In this document: piece by piece, positions 29,772 through 39,799 of the stretch
How the letters are laid out: each line of letters opens with the position of its first letter
Numbering within the stretch: the stretch's first letter is position 1
DNA from: an uncultured virus (IMG/VR IMGVR_UViG_3300042691_055981)
Lineage: Duplodnaviria > Heunggongvirae > Uroviricota > Caudoviricetes
Reading direction: 5' to 3' (one strand)
IMG/VR virus record: IMGVR_UViG_3300042691_055981
DNA: 64,000 nt
Notes under the pieces: model-generated
Databases searched by the model: none
What the model saw: the letters and a program-made list of their open reading frames with translations, nothing else
What the model was told of the DNA's origin: nothing
Position numbers and translations under genes: made by a program

Positions 29772-29777
29772 CTAATT

Positions 29778-30680
29778 ATGGCAAATGCTTTTATAGGCTG
29801 TGGATTGGCTGCAAAATTCAGAGCGGAATATTTAACTCAAGATTCAATTAAATATTGCTATGACATAATTCCACAAACACAATCTGATTTTGAAACAAAA
29901 TTCAATTGCACAGGATTTGACCCAAATAACATTCCAGATGATGTGGTAAATGTTTTTGTTTGCACAACTCATAAAGAGTTGTTTGAATTTTCAAAACAAG
30001 CTTTATTACAAAATAAAAATGTGTGCGTGGAAAAGCCTGGTGCTATCCGATCAGAAGATTTGAATTTATTAAATGAAATAGCAATTAAAAACAATAGAGT
30101 GGTGCATGTGGGATATTCAATCAGCAACACTTTATTTGAAAAACACAACTGGAGTAATTTATTGCATTTCCGTGGCTATTATGCACACGGGGCGAGAGAT
30201 GGATATGATAAAGAGTGGAGAATGCGAAAAAATGGTGGAGGAGTGGACTATGATCTTTTGCCTCACCTTGTGCATTTAAGCTTATTAATTGATGATTTTG
30301 AATTCAAAAGCGGATACAATCAAAATATATACTGGCAGAGTTCTTGCCCAGATTTTTCACAAATAAACCTAATCTGTGATTCAAAGGTAAGTAACTGCAT
30401 CGTAAATGTTTGTGACTGGAAAAATACTTTCGAGGTGAGTGCGGTTTTTAATAACAGCAAGATTGTGATAAAAGATTTAAATTCTCAATCTGGAAAATAC
30501 ACATCTGTAAACTATACAGAAACTGGGCCAGGTATTAAACCAAAAGAAGACATTAGAGAGAACCAGGAGAATTTCTGGAACTATGACACGAATCTGTTCC
30601 TTGAAAAAGTAAAAAATAATCAGCCTAAAGATTTGGCTAAGGAAATTAAAGTATTAGAGATACTGGAGAAAATGAAATGA
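29778..30680 (+). CDS. Gfo/Idh/MocA oxidoreductase
   Basis: FIGCG, VCVEKPG, Y.HG.R.GY.KEWR, GGG..YDL..H. Confidence 0.85.
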   Translation: MANAFIGCGLAAKFRAEYLTQDSIKYCYDIIPQTQSDFETKFNCTGFDPNNIPDDVVNVFVCTTHKELFEFSKQALLQNKNVCVEKPGAIRSEDLNLLNEIAIKNNRVVHVGYSISNTLFEKHNWSNLLHFRGYYAHGARDGYDKEWRMRKNGGGVDYDLLPHLVHLSLLIDDFEFKSGYNQNIYWQSSCPDFSQINLICDSKVSNCIVNVCDWKNTFEVSAVFNNSKIVIKDLNSQSGKYTSVNYTETGPGIKPKEDIRENQENFWNYDTNLFLEKVKNNQPKDLAKEIKVLEILEKMK

Positions 30681-31900
30681 GAAACATAACTGTCGGTGTA
30701 ATAGGACTTAACCATCTTGGCATGGTTACATCAGCCTGTCTTTTGGCGTTGGGGTACACAATTATAGCAATTGATTTCGATGAACAGATCGTTGAAAAAT
30801 ACAATCAGGATATTTTGTTCCTTAATGAGCCAGCTGTTAAAGATCTTTTTAAAAGCTATAGAAAGCGAATTAAATTTTCTTCTTCAGAGAGTTTGGAAGA
30901 TTGTGATTATGTTTGGATTACAATAGATATGCCCCTTGATGAAATTGGATTACCAGACTATGAAAAATTTGATGAACATATTGAAAAATTAGTCCCAATG
31001 GTTCCTGATAATTGTAAAGTAATAGTTTCTTCACAAGTTAAACTTGGAACCACGGAAGAAATACTTGGTAAATTTAAAAAAGCTGGCAAAAATATTAAGA
31101 TTTGTTATTCGCCAGAAAATTTGAGGCTTGGAAAGTCTGTTGATTTGTTTTTGAAGCCAGACAGAATAGTAATCGGATGTGAAGAGTCAAGCAGGGATGA
31201 ATTCCTCCCCTTGTTTGAATCAATATCTAACAGGCTTGTGTGGATGGATGTTAAAGAGGCGGAGCTATCCAAGCATGCAATTAATTCATTTTTAGCTATT
31301 TGCATTTCTTTCATTAATCAATTATCTGGAATCTGTGAAGATCATCAAATTAGCTGTTCGAAGGTTACACAGGCTCTTAAAACAGAGAGTAGAATAGGGC
31401 AAAATTTACCTCTTCAGGCTGGATTGCCATTTGCGGGCGGAACACTGCCAAGAGATTTGCATTATTTAAATGATTTATTCGGGAGAGAAAATTTATTTGA
31501 AGATGTACTTTTTTACAATGACAGACATAGGTATTGGATTTTAAAACAAACAGTTGCCTATTTTGGAACACTTCAAGAACTCATAGATAAAAAGATTCTT
31601 ATTGTTGGTCTGTCTTACAAAGAAGGCATTAATGACTCTAGGTTCTCCGAAGCTTCTAGGTTTATTGAAGAACTCAAGCATTACACATCTAATATCACAC
31701 TCTATGATGATAAATTCGATCAAGAATCTGAGCTAGGCGAATATGATTGTGTGGCGATTTTTAATAAATCAGACAAAATCTCAGAATATCTAAAAACATT
31801 GAATAAAAAAACTTTAATTCTAGATCCAAATAATCTATGTAGAGATGTCTACCCTCCTGAGCTTGTGTTCGCTAAAATAGGAGAACCGCGTGGATTTTAA
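30677..31900 (+). CDS. UDP-glucose/GDP-mannose dehydrogenase family protein
   Basis: GVIGLNHLG, SPENLRLG, PDRIVIG, AELSKHAINSFLA, GGTLPRD (Thr where UGD has catalytic Cys), GLSYK. Confidence 0.85.
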   Translation: MRNITVGVIGLNHLGMVTSACLLALGYTIIAIDFDEQIVEKYNQDILFLNEPAVKDLFKSYRKRIKFSSSESLEDCDYVWITIDMPLDEIGLPDYEKFDEHIEKLVPMVPDNCKVIVSSQVKLGTTEEILGKFKKAGKNIKICYSPENLRLGKSVDLFLKPDRIVIGCEESSRDEFLPLFESISNRLVWMDVKEAELSKHAINSFLAICISFINQLSGICEDHQISCSKVTQALKTESRIGQNLPLQAGLPFAGGTLPRDLHYLNDLFGRENLFEDVLFYNDRHRYWILKQTVAYFGTLQELIDKKILIVGLSYKEGINDSRFSEASRFIEELKHYTSNITLYDDKFDQESELGEYDCVAIFNKSDKISEYLKTLNKKTLILDPNNLCRDVYPPELVFAKIGEPRGF

Positions 31901-32723
31901 AGGCAAGAACGCAATAGTCACAGGGGGGTCTAAAGGGCTGGGATACGAAATATGCAAGCATTTCTTGCAGAAGGGTGCCAATGTTTCTTTGTGTGCCAGG
32001 AATCCCATAGATTTATTTAAGGCAGACAACTCATTAATGCAATTTAAAACAGAAACGCAAATTTTACATTCTATGTCTGTAGATGTTTCTGACTACCAAT
32101 CAATTAAAGAATATATTTTTGAGGCGGAAAAAGCATTAGGGGAGATTGACATCCTTGTATCAAATGCTGGTGTAATTGGCAGCAAAGGGCTGATAGAGGA
32201 TGTGGACATCGAAGAGTGGACACAATCTGTGGCAATTAATTTATTTTCAAATCTTTATTTATTCAAGACATTAATTCCAAAAATGAAAGAAAATAATAAC
32301 GGAAGGATTGTTGTTATTTCAGGCGGAGGGGCAACTAAACCCTTGATTAATATGAGTGCTTATGGAGCTTCCAAGGCTGGATTGGTTAGGCTGGCAGAAA
32401 CTGTTGCAAAAGAATGCGAAGGTTTCAATATAAAGATTAATTGCTTGGCACCTGGAGCACTCAACACTTCCATTCTTGATGAAATGTTGGAGAATAAAGA
32501 TAATATAGATGAAGATTTTTATGACAAATGTCTGAAGCAGAAAGAACAAGGTGGGGATTCAATTGAACACGCGGCGGCAGTATGTTTAAGATTGTGTAAG
32601 GAAGATGTAAAGATCACGGGCAAATTAATTAGTGCCGTTTGGGACGACCTGGAATCAATTGTCTGTGAGGAAATAGATTCAGACGCCTACACAATCCGAA
32701 GATTGGTGCCTGCGAATAATTAA
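31890..32723 (+). CDS. Short-chain dehydrogenase/reductase
   Basis: TGGSKGLG, SNAG, SGGGAT, YGASK. Confidence 0.9.
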   Translation: MDFKGKNAIVTGGSKGLGYEICKHFLQKGANVSLCARNPIDLFKADNSLMQFKTETQILHSMSVDVSDYQSIKEYIFEAEKALGEIDILVSNAGVIGSKGLIEDVDIEEWTQSVAINLFSNLYLFKTLIPKMKENNNGRIVVISGGGATKPLINMSAYGASKAGLVRLAETVAKECEGFNIKINCLAPGALNTSILDEMLENKDNIDEDFYDKCLKQKEQGGDSIEHAAAVCLRLCKEDVKITGKLISAVWDDLESIVCEEIDSDAYTIRRLVPANN

Positions 32724-32728
32724 ATCAA

Positions 32729-33307
32729 TTATTTCTCGCACCAATAATTGTCCATCATGTCTTTATGCTTGGAATTATAGATTGTGTATCCGTGCGAAAG
32801 AAGCTTATCCATGATTTTATTTTCGAATTCTTCATCAGCAATATAATTGTATTGCTTATCCAAGAAATATCCTCCGCCCCATGAAGATTGTAGCTTTTCA
32901 AAAACAATATTCTTGATAGAATGTTTGCTAAGTTCCAGAGAATCGATCAGCTGATAGTCGTAGCCTTCTGCGTCGATCCAAAGCATCTCCACTTCATCAA
33001 ATTGGGATAGCAAATTGTTTAAATTCTCAGCTTCAGACCTGTGCGGAGTATTTGCAAAAGATTTCTTAATGACAGACGATAAATCTGAATTCTCTGATAG
33101 ATAAAATTCAATAAATTCTTGATCATTATCAACAACAGCTTTATTGTGAAGATTCACATTGAGATTCTTATCTTCGTAAAATTCCAAAAGTTTCCCGAAA
33201 GAATCTGGATGAGGTTCAAACAAAAAAGCTTCGCAATTATCTTGCTCTTTAAGCCATTCATAAAAAGAATCATTTCCAGTGCCCGCACCAATTTGAATTG
33301 CAATCAT
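32729..33307 (-). CDS. FkbM-family methyltransferase (paralog of 24859)
   Basis: IQIGAGTGND, FEP, LWIDAEGYD, IVFE; start from TACAAT-N6-ATG. Confidence 0.8.
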   Translation of the reverse strand: MIAIQIGAGTGNDSFYEWLKEQDNCEAFLFEPHPDSFGKLLEFYEDKNLNVNLHNKAVVDNDQEFIEFYLSENSDLSSVIKKSFANTPHRSEAENLNNLLSQFDEVEMLWIDAEGYDYQLIDSLELSKHSIKNIVFEKLQSSWGGGYFLDKQYNYIADEEFENKIMDKLLSHGYTIYNSKHKDMMDNYWCEK

Positions 33308-33323
33308 AGTCAAATTGTACAAA

Positions 33324-34301
33324 TTAACTCAAGCCGGTGAAGTCCGGTCTGACTAAAAATGAAATCTTATTGGATTTTTCTATGAAAGCGTTTGCTTGAT
33401 TTGCATCTTCAAAAATGCCCAGCATGTACCCAGAACTACCTGCACCGCAAAGCTTTGTGCCTATTGCACCAGATTGTTTTAGCATTTCATCCACCTCAAA
33501 TACTTCTTGGTGAAAATTATTATTAAAGGCATTTAATTTATTTTGCCAATGCTCTTCGACTAAACGGCCGAATGAAGTGATGTCATTTTTTTTGAGAATA
33601 TCAATAACTTGATAAGCTATTTCTTTTGTTTTGTGATATTTATTTTCAAAATTAGAATCCACAACCAATTGTGCGGCTTGTTTCTGCAACGACTCATTTG
33701 CCAATCTTGGCTCGCCTGCCTTTACCATAATTAAATGATTGCATAAGTTCTCTATTTGATTTCTTGTTAAGAAAGGCTCTATAGTAACATTACCGGACTT
33801 GTCCGCCTTATATATATTGAGCCCTCCTGCAAAAGCTGAGTATTGATCTTGTTTACCAACAAATTCTTTTAAAATGTTCCTCTCGAAATTAAAAACATAC
33901 TCTGGCAAATTCTGAATATATCTTCCTGTGAATTGGCTCAATAATTTCGCCAAACATAGAGCGAAGTTGCTACTGCTACCCATTCCGGAATTGCCAGCAA
34001 GTTCAGAAATAGAGTGAATCACCAATGGTTCGTCTACTTGAAAATCTTTAAGCATTTCTCTTATAATAGGGTGCTTAATATCGTTAACGCTTTGGCATCT
34101 CTCGTTGTTTTTATAATGAATTAAAAATTCGTTTTCAACATTTTTATGAGCCACCACTTGAACTTTTTTATTAATAGCAAGGGTTAGCCAAATGGCTTCG
34201 TGTCTGCTATAATATTCAGGCAGGTCAGTCCCGCCGCCAGCTATGGGAACCCGAAGAGGAGCGGATGTTGTAAAAATTCCATTTAGTTTTTTAGCGTTCA
34301 T
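33324..34301 (-). CDS. hddA: GHMP kinase, D-glycero-D-manno-heptose-7-P kinase type
   Basis: APLRV..AGGGTD, GMGSSS, GKQDQY, KLCGAG.SG. Confidence 0.85.
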   Translation of the reverse strand: MNAKKLNGIFTTSAPLRVPIAGGGTDLPEYYSRHEAIWLTLAINKKVQVVAHKNVENEFLIHYKNNERCQSVNDIKHPIIREMLKDFQVDEPLVIHSISELAGNSGMGSSSNFALCLAKLLSQFTGRYIQNLPEYVFNFERNILKEFVGKQDQYSAFAGGLNIYKADKSGNVTIEPFLTRNQIENLCNHLIMVKAGEPRLANESLQKQAAQLVVDSNFENKYHKTKEIAYQVIDILKKNDITSFGRLVEEHWQNKLNAFNNNFHQEVFEVDEMLKQSGAIGTKLCGAGSSGYMLGIFEDANQANAFIEKSNKISFLVRPDFTGLS

Positions 34302-35103
34302 ATCTGATTGTGTTCCAGTGTTTTAAGTTGTTAGAATTAACGTGGGTGTCTAAATTAGTGTACCATTTATACGGCGAAAAAACATTATTGTTATTTAATA
34401 TACCAGACCATCTTGAAAATTGAGATTGGCAAATAATAAGATTGGGTGCTTTCATCATCAATTCAAATTGAATAATTGGCTTGTCTTGAAAAACATTAAC
34501 TTCAATGCCTGGGAAGTGAGGTTTTAATGTTTGATTAAACCATTCCCATGTCCATCGAAGATCATCTGAGACAAGGAAAATTCGCTTAGGATTCAATTCT
34601 TGCAAAGCTTTTAAGTAATAATCTGTAAAGCACAGATCTATAAACTCAATACTGGCACCAGGATACTCACCCCGTCTTGTGTTTAGCACTACATCGTCAG
34701 ATTCAAATTTAAAATTTAATACATTCGGTAGATTCAATGAATCTTTAATTTCTTTCAGTCTGTGTTCAAAATAGCCGTTGGAAAATGGAACTCCACCAAT
34801 GTGTACCGGGCCATTATCAAATGACATTTTTTCTAATGGCTCATATGGAAGCTCAACCACAAGATAGTTTTCATGCTCTGGTTTAATTGCCTCAACGAAT
34901 CTAAAACCCTCCTTGAATAGCTCTGTCCAGCCAGTAGTGTCTCTCTTGATGTAAGGATTGGTGTTATGATTCCAGTCTATAAACCCATTCCAGCCATATA
35001 AATAAAACTCTCTATTGTGATCCAATGATAAAGTTTTCATGGAGGCGTAATTGCACAGAAAATCCCCCAATCCCCCGCCAATGCCTCTGAAAAAATATTC
35101 CAT
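34291..35103 (-). CDS. GT11 alpha-1,2-fucosyl/colitosyltransferase-like
   Basis: GGLGD, NTRRGEY, YY..A, VSDD..W, SQFSRW. Confidence 0.75.
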   Translation of the reverse strand: MEYFFRGIGGGLGDFLCNYASMKTLSLDHNREFYLYGWNGFIDWNHNTNPYIKRDTTGWTELFKEGFRFVEAIKPEHENYLVVELPYEPLEKMSFDNGPVHIGGVPFSNGYFEHRLKEIKDSLNLPNVLNFKFESDDVVLNTRRGEYPGASIEFIDLCFTDYYLKALQELNPKRIFLVSDDLRWTWEWFNQTLKPHFPGIEVNVFQDKPIIQFELMMKAPNLIICQSQFSRWSGILNNNNVFSPYKWYTNLDTHVNSNNLKHWNTIRYER

Positions 35104-35879
35104 TAAACTAAACCACTATTGACAAACATTTCGGGGATTAGCTCCACTCCTTTGGTTTCAAATTTATGTCTATGAAATAGAACTAATTCCTCATCCAAGA
35201 TGTAGCCCTCCGAGCCCATATTTCCAGGTCTAAAAGAAGGGTGCAGAGGCAATAAGGTGTCAAATCTCATTTTAGCCCTTGCATTTGAGTAGTTATAATC
35301 GAAATCATGAAGATGAATGTTGAATAATTCAGGATGCTCTGGGATGCTTGGATAACAAATGTGGAACCCTCCTGAATAAGAAGTTACGGGCTTTCTAACA
35401 ATTAAAGTTTTAGATTCACCTGCATTTTTATACCACCATCTACGCTGAGAGAGTAAAGACTTTGTAGGGTTTATCGGGGGCTCGTCATCGATATCAGAAA
35501 TGACATTATAACCTTGTGCAGTAAAGTAATCATCGGGGTTTTTGATTAAAAAATCTTTTAAATCCGTATACTTATTTAAATTGGGAACAAAAAATTCATC
35601 TGCTTCAGCGAAAATAACAACATCATAGCTGTCAAGTAATTGTTTTTGAACTTTTACCACTGTTGAGACGTGCAAATCATAATCACTTTGATAATGTGCA
35701 CCAAGCTCGATAAAATTTTTCCTAGGAATTGAGAACAAACTCATAAAGAAATCATTCTTCAAGTCTCCAACTGGATACAGGTTTTCTCTGCCAAATAAAT
35801 TGCCATAGTAATTTTGCCAATAGGGGATCATTAAGGCTTCTTTATGAAACAATCCAAACACAGCTACTTTTAAGTCCAC
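35103..35879 (-). CDS. GT-A glycosyltransferase-like protein (paralog of 28988-29755)
   Basis: YDVVIFAEADEFF; GTG start 6 nt after TACAAA. Confidence 0.7.
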   Translation of the reverse strand: MDLKVAVFGLFHKEALMIPYWQNYYGNLFGRENLYPVGDLKNDFFMSLFSIPRKNFIELGAHYQSDYDLHVSTVVKVQKQLLDSYDVVIFAEADEFFVPNLNKYTDLKDFLIKNPDDYFTAQGYNVISDIDDEPPINPTKSLLSQRRWWYKNAGESKTLIVRKPVTSYSGGFHICYPSIPEHPELFNIHLHDFDYNYSNARAKMRFDTLLPLHPSFRPGNMGSEGYILDEELVLFHRHKFETKGVELIPEMFVNSGLV

Positions 35880-35901
35880 CTGTAATTTGTACAAAAAAAA
35901 G

Positions 35902-36699
35902 ATGGAACCCAAAGTTGTTTGTAACCTACAGGGCTTGCTCGGAAATATAATGTTTCAAGTTGCAGCTGTTAAATCACACTGCGATAGACACGGATACAGT
36001 CTTGAATTTTCAGGATTCAATGATATACCTAGAAATTACCCCGGAAAAGATCTGAGATTTCTTTCACTTTATCCATACACAATCTTCTCCAACCTAAACA
36101 ATGAATTCAATTTCAAGTCTTCAATCGAGCGGAAGCAAATTAATGAAGACAATGGATTATTTCACAATCTTGATTTTATTGAAGACGGGAATTATCTATT
36201 GCAGGGCTATTTCCAAAATAAAAATCTTTTCGGCAAACACGAAGCACAATCTTATTTCAGATTTGATAAAATTACAATCCCCGATCAAATTGATAAAATG
36301 CTACGAAATGAAAACTGTGTAAGCGTTCATGTAAGAAGAACTGACTATCTGCATGTCAGCCAAGTGCTTCCATCTTTAAGCGTGAATTACTACAACAATG
36401 CATTAGATGAAATAAAAAACTATGACAAAATTTTATTCTTCAGTGACGATATAAACTGGTGCAAAGAAAATTTCAAAATGAATAATTCTCATTTTGTTGA
36501 AGAAAACGAGCTAGTCTCCCTAAAGATTATGCAATATTGCCAGTCTAATGTTATAGCTAATTCAACATTTTCATGGTGGGGTGCTTTTCTGAATAACAAC
36601 GATAATCAAGTGGTTATGCCCGAGACTTGGTTTGGCCCCGCTGTCGCTGAGCCAAGACCTATGAATCACTTCAGGTGTGCTTCCTGGAAGGCCATTTGA
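35902..36699 (+). CDS. GT11 alpha-1,2-fucosyl/colitosyltransferase
   Basis: GLLGNIMFQ, GYFQ, SVHVRRTDY, FSDDINWC, ANSTFSWWGA. Confidence 0.9.
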   Translation: MEPKVVCNLQGLLGNIMFQVAAVKSHCDRHGYSLEFSGFNDIPRNYPGKDLRFLSLYPYTIFSNLNNEFNFKSSIERKQINEDNGLFHNLDFIEDGNYLLQGYFQNKNLFGKHEAQSYFRFDKITIPDQIDKMLRNENCVSVHVRRTDYLHVSQVLPSLSVNYYNNALDEIKNYDKILFFSDDINWCKENFKMNNSHFVEENELVSLKIMQYCQSNVIANSTFSWWGAFLNNNDNQVVMPETWFGPAVAEPRPMNHFRCASWKAI

Positions 36700-36713
36700 T
36701 GTACAATTAAGAT

Positions 36714-37841
36714 ATGAATCAAATAGATCTTTTTAAAGTCTTCATGTCGGAGACAGCTGGCGACAAAGTAAAAGATGTGCTATATTCTGGATATATCGGC
36801 CAAGGAAAAAAGGTAGAAGAGTTTGAACAAAATCTGTCGCAATTTCTAAACACTGATTTCGTTAGCACACTTAACTCTGGAACGTCTGCATTGCATCTTG
36901 CCCTTCATTTAATTAAACAAAAATTTAATGAAGATGATTTTGAGGTAATCACAACACCTTTAACTTGCACTGCAACAAACTGGCCAATTCTTGCCAATGG
37001 ATTAAAAATCAAATGGGCTGATATCGATCCAAAGACAATGAATATAGATCTCGATGATGTTGCAAGAAAAATCACGAGAACAACCAAGGCAATCATGCTT
37101 GTTCACTGGGGTGGATATCCAGTAGATATGAACAAACTCAACACAATCTTAGACAAGGCTGAAAAGAATTTTGGATTTAGGCCACTTATAATTGAAGATT
37201 GTGCCCATGCCATGGGATCATATTACAACGGGAAGCATGTGGGAACAGAACATGGTTTTGGGTGTTTTTCTTTTCAAGCGATTAAGCATGTCACATCAGT
37301 TGATGGTGGAATGATCGTATGCCCGAATCTAGATTGCCACAAAAAAACAAGACTTCTGAGGTGGTATGGAATTGATAGGGAATCAAATAGAAAAGATTTT
37401 CGATGCGAAGCAAATATTGAAAACTGGGGATTCAAGTTTCACATGAACGATGTATGTGCAACAATCGGGGTAGAGAATTTAAAAGAAGCAAATGGAATTA
37501 TCTCTAAACACCAGGCTAATGCGGCTTTTTATGACAAGGAGTTAAAAAACATTCCGGGGTTGACTATGTTAGAAAGAAAACCAGAATGCAAATCTGGTTT
37601 TTGGATCTACTCTATGTTAGTGGAAAACAGAGATGGTTTTTATGCGGCTATGAAAGAGAAGAACATTGTTGTGTCCCAGGTGCATGAAAGAAATGATGTT
37701 CACACTTGTGTTGATGAATATAAGACTATTCTTCCCAACTTGGACGCAACCATCGGGAAGCTAGTTAATATCCCTGTTGGATGGTGGGTTACTAAAGAGC
37801 AACGAGAATATATCGTGGATTCGATTAAGAAAGGATGGTGA
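36714..37841 (+). CDS. DegT/DnrJ/EryC1 sugar aminotransferase
   Basis: NSGTSAL, IEDCAHA, FSFQAIKH (Schiff-base Lys), DGG. Confidence 0.9.
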   Translation: MNQIDLFKVFMSETAGDKVKDVLYSGYIGQGKKVEEFEQNLSQFLNTDFVSTLNSGTSALHLALHLIKQKFNEDDFEVITTPLTCTATNWPILANGLKIKWADIDPKTMNIDLDDVARKITRTTKAIMLVHWGGYPVDMNKLNTILDKAEKNFGFRPLIIEDCAHAMGSYYNGKHVGTEHGFGCFSFQAIKHVTSVDGGMIVCPNLDCHKKTRLLRWYGIDRESNRKDFRCEANIENWGFKFHMNDVCATIGVENLKEANGIISKHQANAAFYDKELKNIPGLTMLERKPECKSGFWIYSMLVENRDGFYAAMKEKNIVVSQVHERNDVHTCVDEYKTILPNLDATIGKLVNIPVGWWVTKEQREYIVDSIKKGW

Positions 37842-39076
37842 TAAATTTAAGAAAGATGAGTATAGATGATGCAGATTTTGTGTTGTCTATACGAAACAGA
37901 TTGGATACCAGAAGTTTTCTGCATAATTCTCAGGAGTTTAATCGAGAGCAATTTATTAAATGGTTTGCCGAGAATTCACCTGAGTGGCATATTATCCAGT
38001 CAGATTGTGTTGATGTGGGTTATGTGCGAACCAAATGGATGGATCACCGAAAAACAAACTTGCAAGTGGGTGTGGATATTGCCGCCGGATACAGAGGTAA
38101 AAAAATTGCCTATGAAACTTACAAGCTGATTGAAAAAAGATGCTATGATAAGATGGTTTCCAAAATGAGCTTAGAAGTTTTAGATAACAACCCTATCGCC
38201 CTATCTCTTTATGAAAAATTAGGATTCGTGAGCACGGGTGCCCATGGCTATATAAATAATTTCGGCTCGTCTTTTTCAATAGAAATGGAAAAAGAAATTC
38301 AAACAATCACTAAAAAAACATTGAAAGTGATTTCATGTTGGTTCGGAGACAGAAGAGGTGATTGGGCTGGTAAACACGGGCCAACAGTATCTTTAGACAT
38401 GTTCAAGAGAATAATTAAAAAAGAAATTGAACTAGATAAGGGAACAGATTGTGATACACTTTTTGTCATTAATCACGCGGAAGAGCTAAGCTCAGACCCA
38501 ATCTATCAAGAGTGTATGAACCTTCTACTTTCTGAAAATAATACAAGAACTAAAAATGGCGTGATTAAAGTAGAAGTAAGGGAAAACAAGGGACTATCTT
38601 TTGCATGTTTTGACTATGGTTTTAATAAATATTGTGAAGATTATGATTTCTTTTATTTCCTAGAAGATGATCAAGTGATCTTAGAAGAATTTTGCCTTAA
38701 AAATGATATAGATAAATTCAAAAGATTAGAAAACAACGCGGGGTTCATAGCGACAGTGGGAATGGATTTTGCAGTGGATCCACATTGCCATGGAGCTTGT
38801 GGAGTTTCTTCAAGAAATGTTCTCAAAGTGCTAAAAGAAAAAACATACTCAGATGCATTAAAAAGAAATTGCCTTCCGCATTGGGATAAAGGAAGCGAAG
38901 GGGCTGCGGGGCACGAAGGGGCGGCGGAGGTTCCTTTCACAAATTTAATTTACAAAGCTGGATATGATCTTTTAGATACAGATAACAAAAAGTTTTTCGT
39001 ATCTTGGCTCGCTAATTGGCTTAGAAATTGCCACGGAGAAGCTGAAAGATTAATTTACTGGAGAGATGGTCTTTAA
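37835..39076 (+). CDS. GNAT N-acetyltransferase (PseH-like) fused to a glycosyltransferase-like domain
   Basis: YRGK.IA, LEVL..N..A..LYEKLGF in the N-domain; RENKG.SF, FLEDD in the C-domain. Confidence 0.7.
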   Translation: MVINLRKMSIDDADFVLSIRNRLDTRSFLHNSQEFNREQFIKWFAENSPEWHIIQSDCVDVGYVRTKWMDHRKTNLQVGVDIAAGYRGKKIAYETYKLIEKRCYDKMVSKMSLEVLDNNPIALSLYEKLGFVSTGAHGYINNFGSSFSIEMEKEIQTITKKTLKVISCWFGDRRGDWAGKHGPTVSLDMFKRIIKKEIELDKGTDCDTLFVINHAEELSSDPIYQECMNLLLSENNTRTKNGVIKVEVRENKGLSFACFDYGFNKYCEDYDFFYFLEDDQVILEEFCLKNDIDKFKRLENNAGFIATVGMDFAVDPHCHGACGVSSRNVLKVLKEKTYSDALKRNCLPHWDKGSEGAAGHEGAAEVPFTNLIYKAGYDLLDTDNKKFFVSWLANWLRNCHGEAERLIYWRDGL

Positions 39077-39772
39077 ACTTGTACTGCTGTAATATTTCAA
39101 GATCCTGTCTGCCCATGTATCAAATTTTGTGACATCATAATCTACATGTAACAAGCTCTGCATACTATTGATTGCAGTGGTTTCATTTTGATTTCTTAAG
39201 TCCTGCCTGATAACAGCATGCCGATAAAAAACATTAGCCTTGGAATACAACATGGTCTTTTCAGCAAGATGAGCGGTGAACACGTCATTCTCGTGTAAAT
39301 CTGAATAAAATCCTATAATTTCAGTCCATTTCTTTGGAGTGATTGGCAATGTGCATGTGATTGTCTTATTTTGGTTTAAAACTGGATTTTCCGGATCAAC
39401 TGTGTAGATGTAATGATTTACGGGAGTTTTATCTATCTCATGATTGAAATTATGAGTTAACATCTCCGCATCATCATTCCAAAGCCACAATCTGGGTGCC
39501 CTGGCCTGATCTGCCAAGACATTGTAGTAATTATTTAATCTTCTGTAACCCCAGGAGGGACAAACAAAGAGCTCCACTTTTAACTTTGGACAATTGTATT
39601 CTTTAGCCAATGATTCATAAACGTCCATTTGGCTGTCATCCATGTCAATAGCTATTAAAAACTCATTCACATAATCTTCACCTGTTGATCGAAGAACTGA
39701 TTCAATTGAATTTTTCACCAGATAAGCCCTTTCTCTTGATGGGCACATGAAAGTTATTGAAGGAATTGACAT
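39050..39772 (-). CDS. GT2-like glycosyltransferase
   Basis: MCPSRER, IDMDD, YYN.LA, WNDDA. Confidence 0.7.
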   Translation of the reverse strand: MSIPSITFMCPSRERAYLVKNSIESVLRSTGEDYVNEFLIAIDMDDSQMDVYESLAKEYNCPKLKVELFVCPSWGYRRLNNYYNVLADQARAPRLWLWNDDAEMLTHNFNHEIDKTPVNHYIYTVDPENPVLNQNKTITCTLPITPKKWTEIIGFYSDLHENDVFTAHLAEKTMLYSKANVFYRHAVIRQDLRNQNETTAINSMQSLLHVDYDVTKFDTWADRILKYYSSTSLKTISPVN

Positions 39773-39799
39773 ACAGGATTATTGTACAAACTATGTTAA

